From Octopus vulgaris (taxonomy: Eukaryota): 64,000 nucleotides of DNA. Position 1 is the first letter of the stretch. Every line of letters begins with the position of its first letter. The notes under the pieces are model-generated. The model did not search any database and was not told where the DNA came from. It saw only the letters and a program-made list of their open reading frames with translations. The position numbers and the translations under genes are program-made. Positions 1 to 11,985 of this stretch are shown one piece after another. The stretch covers positions 123,008,001 to 123,072,000 of the forward strand of contig OX597816.1 in assembly GCA_951406725.2 (NCBI GenBank). Reading direction: 5' to 3'.

Positions 1-1224
1 AAATCAAACACAGTAGGATTTATAAAGAGATGAATATCTAGTAAGGAAAGATTTTGCATAGATCATAACTATAGGAATGATGAGAAGTGGAGATGGCTAC
101 ATGAAATGGATTCAGATATATAACACAGATTTGCTTATTCAGAGAAACAGAATCTGTGATAGAAGGGAAAGAAATAGGCTGGTGATTGCATTGGTGACTG
201 AAATCTTCACCAATCCATTAGATACTATTTTGTTTAAGTGAAGTTTTGGATTATTTTTATGTAACAACCTTACTATTTCAGGCATGTGATACAAATGTTG
301 TTCTGAAAATCCATCAACAACTGATCACAATTTAAATATTTTATTGAGGAAACTTAGCTTTTTCACTGTGACATTGATTTCATTAGAAAAAGCTGATAGT
401 AATTGTAAACTGTTCCATTTATATATTTTGCTCTATTTTCCTTTATATTAATGTTCTGCTCCTATAAATGACTAATGTCACAAAAATAATAGAAAAAATG
501 CAATAATTTAAATTATGAGTAGAAATAAATTTGCTACTTAAGAATTTCAAAGCTTAAATTGGATATATTGATCAAATACTACTAAAAAGGTAAAATTAAG
601 TTTAGGCCATAAAAATTCAATCTTTATGAAATAACTAATGTGAAATAGATATGTAGATTTTGTAAAAATATGAGATTTATAGATATGAATATTGCTACTG
701 TAGGAATTGTGATGCAATTAATTTCATCTCTATATTTGTTTTCTTTCTTCATAATTATAATACTGTAACTTAAAATGTACTGATATTTATAGGTTAATAA
801 AATTAATATATGTATAATTTCTATATTCTAAAAATACCGGGCACAATAAAACCGAAGGTATATGACATAAAAATTTCTTCAAAGACTTGAGAAGTCATAA
901 GAACTTACATTTAACTTTGAGCAGAAGTGACATGAATGCTATTCTGAAAGGAATAGGAAGATTTTTTTTTCACATGAAATCCTCTGAAAAATCTGGTATC
1001 TATCATTAAGAGGTGAAGTGAAACAGACAGTTACTGATTGTCTTATTTATGCAGATAACAAATGTAGATTTGAAACAGAGCTGTAGGTAAATAACACTCA
1101 GTCATATGTAAATTAAACCACAGATTTGATTGAGTGGTTGAAATTTTGAAATTGTGATTAGTGTTTAGCTTTAAGTCAGCCCTCATGAAGCTGATCTGTA
1201 CTTAAAAGCAATCTGATGTTGAAT

Positions 1225-1619
1225 ACTCTTACTCTTTTACTTGTTTCAGTCATTTGACTGTGGCCATGCTGGAGCACCGCCTTTTTTTTTTAGTCGAGCA
1301 CATCGACCCCGGGACTTATTCTTTGTAAGCCCAGTACTTATTCTATCGGTCTCTTTTGCCGAACCGCTAAGTGACGGGGACGTAAACACACCAGCATCGG
1401 TTGTCAAGCAATGCTAGGGAGACAAACACAGACACACAAACACACACATATACATATATATACGATAGGCTTCTTTCAGTTTCCGTCTTCCAAATCCACT
1501 CACAAGGCATTGGTCAGCCAGGGGCTATAATAGAAGACACTTGCCCAAGATGCCACACAGTGGGACTGAACCCAGAACCATGTGGCTGGTTAGCAAGCTA
1601 CTTACCACACAGCCACTCC
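1225..1619 (-). mobile_element. tRNA-derived SINE, family A (full length)
   Basis: Minus strand starts GGAGTGGCTGTGTGGTAAG (box A) ... GGTTCAGTCCC (box B); has an internal (TA/TG)n tract and an AGTAAAAGAGTA tail; more than 10 related copies in the window. Confidence 0.9.
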
Positions 1620-2319
1620 AGTTCATATTACTCTCAGAAGCTATATATCCAAAACATCATCCAATGTGTGTTTTGTAGAAAATTTAGCTATGATTTTTTT
1701 TAGATTAAACAACCATGTAGAGGCCAAATATTTTGCAGTTTATCTTTTATATGTGATCTACAAGATAATTACTGAACTACATATGATCCTATATAATTAC
1801 ATGCAATAAATAAATCTCAGTTTGATATATGAACCTGTTCTATCACCATATGTTTCACATAGATTTCATAATGAAATTAATTTGAATTATCACACAAGTT
1901 CATTCATTGTCCATCACAAACTGTTCTTTATAAATAATTAAACCATGAAATACTCTGTCATAGATAAAGCCAATAGAATATAAGATCTACTGTTTATCAC
2001 CTGAATGTTTGCTTTCATTATCATTTATTGCATTTTATATGACATTAAATTACCTGGTGTTTAAGATACATATAGACTGGGAAGATGTTACTTGAAGTTT
2101 AAAGCAAATCATATTTATCAACAAGTATGACAATCTTGTTTACGTACAACAGATTATTGATTTCTTTTGATTATGTAAAATTAATATTTTCATGAAATCA
2201 AAAGTCTACTGAATTAATTCAGTACATGTACTTAAAAAAGCAGAAATAAAAGTGATATGCACATTGTTGCACTGCTTAATTAGAGCCAGAAAAATATCTA
2301 ATGTAATCAGTCACGATAA

Positions 2320-2450
2320 CTTCAAATCTTGCTAAAGTGGATTTTGTCTTCCACCCTGTTGGTGTTGATAAAATGGATGTTAATTGAGTAATAATCAACT
2401 AAGCTCATGCCTCAGATTTGTGGCCTTAGGAATATATGCTAGAAATCAAT
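2320..2450 (+). mobile_element. Degraded SINE, family B (Meta-like core)
   Basis: ttcaaatcttgctaaagtggattttgtcttccaccctgttggtgttgataaaatg aligns loosely with the core at 4866-4930. Confidence 0.4.
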
Positions 2451-3039
2451 TATAGTTTTAACAGCTTGAGGCTGATGAGAACACAGTACAGGTAAATATA
2501 AGAATTTTGATTCATTACTACTGTTACTCCCAGAAGTGAATGATGCCCTACAAGTTGCTCAAATAAGACATGGATAGGTTAAATTGATATATTTTTGTAT
2601 GTCTGACATGTAGTCTCTTTCTAAAAATTTTAATATTAAAATATTTTAGGAACAGTTTTTATGTGTTTTTAAGATCACTTTATAACCAATTAATGCTAAT
2701 TTTGACCCAGTGTGTATGGTACCTTGATAGAAAAATAGGGAGGAAGATAGGTAATGTGATTATAGATGAAAATTGGGGCAAAATTAAATATGAATTGATT
2801 TAGTGATCCCTTTTCACATGGTATGTGTTTATTACCTTATGTGCTCACATTCATTTTTACTGATTTTATCATACAAATAATCAAATTCTTAAAAACAATT
2901 ATCCAAATTGGCAAAACTTATACTTTATATAGTTTATGGGGAAAAGGATTGTATATCATTGAAAGAAAAATCCATTGTTTGAGCTATAAAGGTGAGAAAC
3001 CAAAATTGAACTTTAGACTGATTAACTTGGCAAATTATT

Positions 3040-3285
3040 GGTGGACAGCATTAAGGAAATATTTTAAGATCTTCCCAGGGACACTGTGAGGAGTGCATGT
3101 GCAGATTCCAGAGCTATCTTGAGGACATGGTGGAAGCTAAGGGCAACCGCTTTGGTAAACTGTTATCTCTTAGGTACAATTTAGTTGATATTCTTAAAAC
3201 TTAAAAAGTACTTTTATCTTTGGATAGGAGGTTGTCCTTCCATTTCCTTCTATGAAATCTGTCAAATTAACCCTGCAGACCCTAT
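3040..3285 (+). mobile_element. Tc1/mariner (maT/DD37D-like) 3' relic
   Basis: Broken frame reads ...DLPRDTVRSAC/RFQSYLEDMVEAKGNRF, like a transposase C-terminus; ends in TIR-like ...aattaaccctgcagaccctata. Confidence 0.5.
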
Positions 3286-3446
3286 ATACATATGTATTCA
3301 TCTGCGTGCACGCGTGTGTGTGTGTGTGTGTGTGTATGTGTGTGTGTCTGTGTCTGAGTATTTGTGTATGTATATACATATGCATTTGTGTATGTGTGTG
3401 TGTATATATATATAAATTAGAAAAAAATATATACACACACATGCAT

Positions 3447-3491
<45 letters not shown>
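3283..3491. repeat. Compound (TG)n/(TA)n/(CA)n microsatellite
   Basis: Directly visible; produces the spurious VCVC/HTHT ORFs. Confidence 0.95.
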
Positions 3492-3492
<1 letters not shown>

Positions 3493-4089
3493 CAACCCAT
3501 GTGTGTGAAATGAGTGTCCCGCAAGGAGACCTGGGTGAAATCTTTTATAGCACAGATTTGGCAATGATTTGTTCAAATATAACACTATTCTGTTATTGAT
3601 TTTTTTCTATTCTTAACATATTTCATAATTATCATTTTCTCTACCTCATAATCCATTTATAATGAGAAGTAGAATATCAACTGACCTACTAGCCTTAGGA
3701 ACTAGATGTCTGAGGAAATTTATTACTAGGTTATGGCAAAGTTCAAAAGAAATTATAGGTAAGCTTTTGGGAATGTTAGTAAATATTTGTCAGCAGTTCA
3801 TTACAAATATAGATTATGAAGATAACAATATTGTTGATGAAACACTTATATCAGGTACGTCTAAGAGTAGGCTAGGAATAGATTTTAACCAGACTATATT
3901 ACCTAAGATTTAGAAAAGCAAAATTCTGAGATGGTTGACATTTCTATTAACATTACATTAGCAATTTATTTTTACAAGATTTTGACAAGTTAATCAGATC
4001 AAAGTTATACCTATACAATATTTTTTTACACAGTTTCTGTTTATCAGAATATTTGTCAATATTAGATGTAAAATAAGGATGGTATATGT

Positions 4090-4260
4090 CCATGAGTGAG
4101 CAAATGAATGACATGATGTTCCTTTTTAACGAGAAGGACTTTAGATAATGTGGAAGGAAGTTATGTGAGCTAATATCAAGATCCTAAACCTTATAAAGGA
4201 AATAAGAAAAGATTGTGACAAATGGAGAGTTTCTGTCTTGAAACTGACCTACTAGATTAT
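4090..4260 (+). mobile_element. Highly degraded RTE LINE C-terminal relic
   Basis: MWKEVM*ANIKILNLIKEIRKDCDKWRVSVLK resembles TWDKVVKHDLGTLGLTKEITRDRDLWKYAVHEK from the copy at 38091-38200. Confidence 0.35.
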
Positions 4261-4334
4261 AACTTCATGAATAATTCAATGTAAAAATGAATATGATTAT
4301 AGACAATACATTCATGAGTTTAATCTAATATATA

Positions 4335-4620
4335 AACTGGTACTCCATTGCTTATGACAACGAGGGTTCCGGTTGATCTGACCAACCAAACAGCCTGCTT
4401 GTGAAGTCAATGTGCAAGTGATTGAGCACTCCACAGACATGCGTTCCCTTAGTGTAGTTCTCAGGGAAATTCAGCATGACACAGAATATGACAAGACTGG
4501 CCCTTTGAATTGATTATTTGCAGCTGAGTGAACAGGAGTGAGGTGAAATAAAGTGTCTTGCTCAAAGACACAATGCACCACCGGAGGCATCGAACTGGCA
4601 ACCTTAAAATTGTGCTGTAA
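4335..4620 (-). mobile_element. tRNA-derived SINE, family C (tail type 3)
   Basis: Shares the head segment TTGAGCAAGACACTTTATTTCAC...CACTCAGCTG; tail matches the copy at 19663-19975. Confidence 0.75.
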
Positions 4621-4754
4621 ATACATGCTGACAATCATGATTCAGTTTATTCCATGTGGCTGGATAGTTGTAGGAGGAACATTGTGTTTTAAGCACTTCT
4701 ACTCTGTCAATCAACAAATTTCCAAATGAACAAAGATTCCTCCATTTTTGTAAG

Positions 4755-5360
4755 CATAGGCACAGGCATGGCTATAAGAAAAGAAACTTAAGTAGTGAGG
4801 TGGCAGAAACGTTAGCATGCTGGGCGAACTGCATAGCTGTATTTCGTCAGCCGTTGTGTTCTGGGTTCAAATTCTGCTGAGGTTGACTTTGCCTTTCATC
4901 CTTTCGGGGTCGGATAAATTAAGTACCAGTTACGCACTGGGGTCGATGTAATCGACTTAATCCGTTTGTCTGTCCTTGTTTGTCCCCTGTGTTTAGCCCC
5001 TTGTGGGTAGTAAAGAAATATATAAGAAAAGAAACTTGCTTCACAATGACACAGTTTCAGGTTCAATCTCATTATGATACACCTTGGGCAAATGTCTTCT
5101 CCCGTAGAGTGTGTGTGTATGTGTGTTTAAGCATGCATGTGTGTTTGTCTTTCAGTTTGTTTGTATTCTCCATCACAGATTGACAACTGGTGTTGGTTTG
5201 TTTAAGCGACCAGGACTTAGTGGTTCAGCAAGAGAGAGGTTGATATGATAAATACCAAACTCAAAAACTAATAAGTACTGAGGTAGTTTTGTGTGACTAA
5301 GCCCTTCAAGGTGGTGCTCCAGCATGGCTGCAGTCCAATGACAGAAACAAGTAAATGGCA
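4755..5360 (+). mobile_element. Older family A SINE interrupted by a family B SINE
   Basis: Head ggcacaggcatggct... resumes at 5038 gcttcac...ggttcaatctc; 3' end ggtgctccagcatggctgcagtc...gaaacaagtaaa. Confidence 0.8.
4790..5020 (+). mobile_element. SINE family B (Meta-domain-like) with 17-bp TSD
   Basis: tRNA-like head (TGGCAGAAACG, GGTTCAAATTC); core GACTTTGCCTTTCATCCTTTCGGGGTCGGATAAATTAAGTACCAG; direct repeat TATAAGAAAAGAAACTT at 4773-4789 and 5021-5037. Confidence 0.9.
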
Positions 5361-5636
5361 AAACGTTAAAAATAGGGAAATGGATTTATATATATATATA
5401 AGAAAACAGTTTTGCTAAAAGCTAAGAAACATATCTCATAAGTTACTATCAAGTGAAAGCCAAAATGAGTTTCCTTCTCAAATAAAAGAAATGGCACAGA
5501 ATATCTTGAAATTTAAAGATCAGAAATAGTAAGTGTATTGATGATTAATAGATAAACTAAGAAGAGATTAAGTAATTATTTATTGCATTGCTTCAAGCTC
5601 ACAAAGTAAGATTGTATTTTTGTAATAGTATTTAGT

Positions 5637-5880
5637 GTCATCACCGTCATAGTTTTAATGCCAACTTTTCCATGCATGTATGGGTCAGATGGAAGATGTT
5701 AGAGTAGAATTTCCATACCCAGATACCCTTCCTGTGGTCAACCCTCACCTACTTTCAAACAAGTTAATGTTTACTTGTGTCTGAACATATTTTCATGAAC
5801 GAGTTGAAGTGAGAAACACTGCTTGTATAATGTTGATGAACATTTCAACTGTTACATGATGTCAAGGCAAGGAGACGCAA
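5637..5880 (-). mobile_element. Degraded orphan RTE-type 3' end
   Basis: (cat)-like tail followed by tttccatgcatgtatgggtcagatgg...gatacccttcctg, homologous to 37509-37660. Confidence 0.5.
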
Positions 5881-5955
5881 AGAACCCCCATGCACACGCA
5901 CATACATCTATACATACATACATATATTTATGCATTGATATATATATCAATGCAT

Positions 5956-5996
<41 letters not shown>

Positions 5997-6024
5997 TAAG
6001 TAACAATTGATGGACAGGTGTCAA

Positions 6025-6108
6025 TTTATGACAGCCGTTTCTAGCCAAATTTTCACTTGATTAACGAGTGTAATATATCAATATAAAAAGCCGTATTTTT
6101 CAGATGTA
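6025..6108 (-). ncRNA. Degenerate type I hammerhead-like motif (left arm, long stem II)
   Basis: Minus strand: CUGAAAA - AU-rich hairpin - GAAAC-GGCU-GUC-AUAAA; G8 is mutated to A. Confidence 0.4.
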
Positions 6109-6284
6109 TACATGAATTTTACAATGATGGACATTTAAAATAATTAAAAATTCACAGCGCATACATATTTAGGGATTCTACAACCAGCCCTTGCAAGTCG
6201 TCTTGCCAGTCATATAATCCCTAAATATGTATGTGCTGTGGATTTTGAATTATCTCAAATGTCCTTCAGTATAAAATTCATGTA

Positions 6285-6368
6285 TTCATCTGAAGAAAAA
6301 GGTTTTTTACAATGATATATTGTATACATTAATCAATTAAAATATTCTCTAGAAATGGCTGTGATAAA
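6285..6368 (+). ncRNA. Degenerate type I hammerhead-like motif (right arm, long stem II)
   Basis: UUCAU-CUGAAGA - AU-rich hairpin - GAAAU-GGCU-GUG-AUAAA; cleavage triplet is mutated to GUG. Confidence 0.4.
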
Positions 6369-7002
6369 TTGACACCTGTCCATCAATTGTTACATATTTA
6401 TTTTTAATTCACCTATCTTGGAACATGCCCCTCATGTATTATGATATATATTATAAACTGTATACTTAATAAAATATACATGTCTGAATAGCTCAAGAGC
6501 AAATTATATATTCAGTTGGGTCCAATTTATCTGCATGCATTACCTAAATATTTTACCAGCACTTCTGTACTAAGGTTGGTAATTATCTATAATTGGTGTG
6601 TGTGCATTTTATCCTGAGCAAACAAGGTGCAAACCTTTAAGTACCTCATTCAACTGAATCTTGTTATATTATATTTTATTACACTAACAAATCAACCCGT
6701 CTACGGTGGAGGCATAAAATGAAGGAGGGAAGACATAACAGCAGTATGTATTGAGAAATGTAATGGGCTTGATAGATTACTGGATAATGTCTTAGAGAAA
6801 TCATATTATTGTTGGTGATACAATATTCTATTGCAGCTATATGACATGTGTTTGCAACTGACATGTGATGATGATTCATTCCCGAACTGAAATAAGCTCC
6901 CAACCTCTTTATCATGAATGGCTATGTGAACCACTCTTATTGAAAGCCAGAGCTTCCGTCAACCACTACATAAAAAAGTATTAAGAAAACAAATGTTATC
7001 TA

Positions 7003-7326
7003 TTGTGTCCAGGGAGAGTCATTCTCTTTTGGTGCCTTATAATTTATACACTCACTGGTAAAATTTCCACTTATTTCTTTTTTATTTTTCTAAACTTTTC
7101 GTTGTGTCTTGCAAAATTTTCAATAGTTTTGACTCAAAACTATTGAAAAGGTTGCAAGACGCAACGGAAATTTTAGTTTAGAAAAATAAAAAAAGAAATA
7201 AGTGGAAATTTTATTGGTGTGTTAAATTATAAGACACCGAAAGAGAATGACTCTCCCCAGACACAACAGAATATGCTTCAACACACGAACTCGCATAAAG
7301 AATCTTGCAAACCATATCCAAAAACG
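7003..7326. mobile_element. Asymmetric palindromic non-coding element, copy 1 (PLE-like)
   Basis: Palindrome centred at 7133 (caatagttttga-c-tcaaaactattg) with arms 7003-7132 and 7134-7267; about 60 nt unpaired tail 7268-7326; direct repeat AAATGTTATCTA at 6991-7002 and 7327-7338; second copy at 61538-61814. Confidence 0.85.
7137..7179 (+). ncRNA. Variant (U3-A8) minimal hammerhead-like motif
   Basis: AAACUA-UUGAAAA-G-GUUGC-AAGAC-GCAAC-GGAAA-UUU-UAGUUU. Confidence 0.45.
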
Positions 7327-9589
7327 AAATGTTATCTAGATATACTTTTATTTTAGTTGTTTACACTATTTTATGCTTGTTTATACTCTTATACATTCAA
7401 AGTCTTATACATTACTCATATATTTTTGCATTCAGATTTCACTGGAGTTGACTTTACCTTTACATGCATGCATGCACACATGCACGCACACACACAGGTA
7501 ACTCCTTCATTACGTCAATGCATTTATAATTATTTTTCTATTGATGGGAAAATTTATAACACTAGATGTGATCTCATCCTATCAGTAATGAGTAGGTTTG
7601 AATGTGAAACATCTGTTAAGTTGTCATTGTTATGTAAATCATGTCTAGGCCTGTTGTTGATAAAACAATAACCATTTTGCATATCATTTTCCACTTCATC
7701 AATAGTTGCCCATCCATGAGATGACTCCTTCATTCTTGTCATCTGCAAAATATATGATTGTCCATCAAGCTCCTTTCGAAGCATGACAAATCTGTGAGAT
7801 CATTTTAATTTTCCAGTCTATTTTTGGACAGTCCTAACAGCAAAACGCTATTCCCCAATATCTAAAAAGGCCTTTTATGAATTTTGGTTTCTGATGGAAT
7901 TATTGATAAAGCAAAATTGCACCTCAGTCTCCAGAGAGCTACTGCAATACTGCTTGAATATTTTTATTTCATGTAGTGAAATAAGAATATTCTAGTAGCT
8001 CTCTTGCAGTGTGTCTAAAGTAAATTAATTTGGTTGATGCTATCCTTGAGAATTCTATATTCAAGGAATGATATATACTCACCACTTTTACACATGTATA
8101 GCAAGTCAACATCATAACATCTTAATATTTCAAATACCAGTTTGCAGGCAATGAGAATAAAGTTTCATGTTCATGGATTCAATGCTTCTCCTATTACAAG
8201 ATATGAAGTGTCAAAGTTTTAAGCAAATTGTTTGACATTCTACTAAGCTGTAACTTTCTCTAAGAAAGTTTAGATGAGAGTAAATCAAATAACTAGAAAC
8301 ACTAAGATGCAATACTTAAACATTGAGCTTTGTATCAATGTTTAATTTCAACTGAAAGTTGGGATGTTTACTTCATACTTGGCTTTTGTCTGTTAATGAA
8401 AAATAATTTGAATGTAGTATTGGTAACTGACTTTCCTAACCTCTGTAGCCTAAGGAAAAGCAGAGTGTGACAAACCTTGTAATGGTCTGCATTGGCAAGA
8501 ATTATACAGTAAAATTCATGTTTTGATAAGTTTGCATACTGAAAGTAGTCATACAGACTGAAATTTCATGGCTGTACTTTCATCTGACACAGAACAACTA
8601 TTTACAGCTAACATAGATTAATTAATGGAGCATCAAAAGTGCTAGATAATCTTTGTGATTTACTGGAATACGTATTAGAAAAACATGGAAAAATGATTTA
8701 TGAAAAAAGATACTAAATACCAGATAGTAGGAAATTTTTATACTAAGTGGATGATACGTTTATCTCACACATACAGGTGTCTTGTCAATAGTGGTAATTA
8801 CGATAAAATTTTCTGACATAGCTACAACAGGACTATGATATGTTTTGCTTACAAAACCTATCATGTGAAAGTTAATGTGTATATACTTTGCTCATGGTTC
8901 AGAAAATGTTTCTTTAAACTGATTTTTATGATAGTTGATAACATTCTCTCTCTACAATTTAAAATATTTTTTGCATGGAATACCATTGGGGATTCTGTAG
9001 CATTTGTACGTGCAGACTTAGGATATAGGGAGTAAATTGAGTGATCTAAAGTTAGATCTCTCAAATGAGATGATCAAAGGCTATAAAAATATCTTGCACT
9101 TTTGCTCTTCTCAATAGCATAGAAAAGATACATATCTGAGGATGATTATCTACTGCCAAAGTAGATAGGAACTACTGGCTCTTATATGCAATTATTGATA
9201 TATTTGTTGTATATGACGTTCGATTCTTTGCTCTACATTTAGATTCCCATTACACACAGGAGAAGGTAGAAAAGCACTCTCCTGAAATGAACTTCATAAA
9301 CTGTTCATTTGGCTAATGAGATTTTGTAGATAGCCTCCTTTACCTAGTCCTGTGACATAGCTTCATAAGGCACTGATAACAGAGTAAATATAGTAGAATT
9401 AATCTGAAAAATTAATCAAAAAAGTTATTTACAGAAAAATTTAATCAAAGAAAAAGTAATTTAAAAATTGTTGAAAAGATGGGAAGACTGAATAAAACTT
9501 GTGGAATGAATAAGACAATACACATTAGGGTTGTATTGGCACCAGCTGCAGAAAGTCTGTTGAGTTGGAAACAAAGAAATTTATTTTAT

Positions 9590-9875
9590 CTTCTATCTTT
9601 TATCTTTTATTTGTTTCAATCTGGGGCTATGCTGGGGCATCACCGTGAAGAATTTTAATTGAAAGAATCAATATGGTACTTATTATTCATTTTCTCAAGC
9701 CTGATGTATATTGTATTGGTTACTTTTTCTGAACCACTGAGTTATGGGGGACATAAACAAATAAAAAAAAAAGACACACACATGCATACACATTTATATA
9801 CACATACACACGTACACTTATAAACACATATATACACACATATGCACACAGATATATATATATATATATATGTGT

Positions 9876-9912
<37 letters not shown>

Positions 9913-10055
9913 AGTGATTGACTTCTTTCAGTTTCTGCCTACCAGATGCACTCACAAGGCTTTGGTTGGCCTGGGGCTATAGTAGAAGACACTTGCCTAA
10001 GATGCTACAGAGTGGGACTGAACCCAAGACTCAGAAGCATACTTCTTATCACGCC
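9590..10055 (-). mobile_element. SINE family A (diverged, expanded internal microsatellite)
   Basis: ctcacaaggctttggttggcctggggctatagtagaagacacttgcctaag...gtgggactgaaccc. Confidence 0.85.
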
Positions 10056-10199
10056 TTTCATAAACTAAATTCGCTAGGGTCCAAATGCTTGAATACTTTT
10101 CTTAATATGCACTTTGTAGAATATGCAAAATGATCCAACCACTGCTGAGGTGTATTAATAATTCATTCTCACTTACATACTCTCAGAAATAAATTATAA

Positions 10200-10370
10200 T
10201 CTTTTCTACTCTAAGTACAAGGCCTGAAATTTTGGGGGAGGGAGCCAGTCAATTTGATTGACCCTAGTATGCAACTGGTACTTAATTTATCAACCCTGAA
10301 AGGATGAAAAGTAAAATGGACCTTAGCAGGATTTGAACTCGGAATGTAAAGACAGATGAACGAAATAAAT
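10200..10370 (-). mobile_element. SINE family B, second monomer
   Basis: actggtacttaatttatcaaccctgaaaggatgaaa core; tail matches 40110-40170. Confidence 0.8.
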
Positions 10371-10513
10371 CCTAATCGTTTATGAATTTGTGTTGCAAGA
10401 TTCCTGATGTGAAGTTGCATTGAAACAAGTATTGTTGTATTTCAGGATATACACACTATATATTCATTCTTTACTTGTTTATTACTGTTCTTAGTTTGTG
10501 TATCCTTATATAG

Positions 10514-10599
10514 GGATACACATCATAGAAGAACAGAATGGACTAAGCAGAGCAGGAATACACAAGGGGATGGAAAGTGTCCCTGAAGAGGTCACAGAT
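10514..10599 (+). other. Weak candidate exon (86 nt)
   Basis: T-rich acceptor ...ccttatatag; purine-rich body with open frame IHIIEEQNGLSRAGIHKGMESVPEEVTD; donor gtatga; no recognisable protein homology. Confidence 0.2.
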
Positions 10600-11341
10600 G
10601 TATGATAAGAGATTTCCCGACAATATACATGAGTTAAAATAACAACAATTATAAATGAGTGAAGAACGAATATATAGTGTGTGTGTTTATTTGGCAAAAA
10701 GAAAAGAAAATAACCATCCTGAAATACAACAATAAATTATTATCCAGCTTTGTTATTAACATATCAGCTTTCTTTTCTCCCACTGGTAATACACTGCTTA
10801 ATATGAATGTGTATGTTTTCCCTAATAAACAGGAGGTTAAAGTTAGTAATACTAACTTACTGCATTACTCTTTTATTTACATTAGTATTTCTTTTTAGCA
10901 TAGTCTTTTGTTAAAAAAGAAGTTTAAAAATAAATATTAACACTTATTCTTAGTTTTATTTCTCAATTTAATTCATTAAAAACAAAGATATTTTGATAAC
11001 TTGAAAATCTATTTTTGAAGTGCCTGTTCAACTTCCATTTTGTGTATGATGAATATTTTTCTGCATGTTGTGTTCTAGTCATTTTTATAATTTTCTATTG
11101 TGGTTATATGAAAAATATGTGATCAAATTATCAAAGAGCGAGAGGCTTATATGAAGAGATTATGATGAATTTGTACAGAATCAAAATTGAATTTAGTTGC
11201 ATATATAAGAACAGACAATGTTAACTTAGAATAAAGAAAAAGCACAAATGGGTTGAAAAAAGAATCTGAGCACCAAAATAATTGGTTAATTCCTGTTGGA
11301 AAGATGCTTATAACTATATAAAAATCTTATTTTGATTACTT

Positions 11342-11575
11342 CTAACCTTTTAGAATTCAGATTGCTTTGTCATATTTAATGTTTATCTTTTTTTTACATT
11401 GCTTTGAATTAATCAGGCATTAACTTGTAACTTTAAGATTTTGATTATATTACTGTTTATCTTTATACTGACCATGTAGGGTCGGTGTGAGAGGCAAGAT
11501 CTGGTTAGTTAACATAAAACAGATAGAATATTTGGGCCAACTTGGAGTGATTTAAATTGTTTAAATGCTAAGTGC
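11342..11575. mobile_element. Degraded MITE with piggyBac-like (TTAA-CCC) ends
   Basis: taaccttttagaattcaga ... tttaaatgctaagtg form imperfect inverted termini. Confidence 0.35.
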
Positions 11576-11644
11576 AAAATTGATTTGTAGTAATAGTGCA
11601 AGTAGACATAGAGTTAGATTACAAGTAATGTGGTAGTCTAGTAT

Positions 11645-11985
11645 TTATTCTATTGGTGTCTTTTGCTGAACCACTAAGTTATGGGGATGTAAACACACCA
11701 GCGATGTTGTCAAGTAATGTTGGGGGGACAAACACAGACACACACACAAACATACACATGCACATACACACACACACATGTAAAACTGAAAAAGCCCATC
11801 GTATATATATATATATATATATATACGATGGACTTTTTCAGTTTCTGTCTGCCACATTCACTCACAAGGCTTTTGTTGGCCTGAGGCTATAGAAGGAGAC
11901 ATTCGTGCAAGGTGCCCTGCAGTGGGACAGAACCTGGAACCATGTAGTTGGTAAGCAAACTACTTATCACAAACCCACTCCTGTG
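11645..11985 (-). mobile_element. SINE family A (3' truncated) with internal inverted duplication
   Basis: Homologous to 1340-1619; palindrome at 11783-11844. Confidence 0.85.

Larger units (their letters stand above)
5994..6399. mobile_element. About 400-bp foldback element, probably inverted PLE-type pseudo-LTRs
   Basis: GTAACAATTGATGGACAGGTGTCAATTTAT (6000-6029) is the exact reverse complement of 6364-6393; arms stay alignable to a centre near 6180-6212. Confidence 0.8.

Noticed and set aside
3185-3599. Many VCVC/HTHT/YIYI ORFs here and throughout the window
   Set aside because: Stop-free translations of dinucleotide microsatellites
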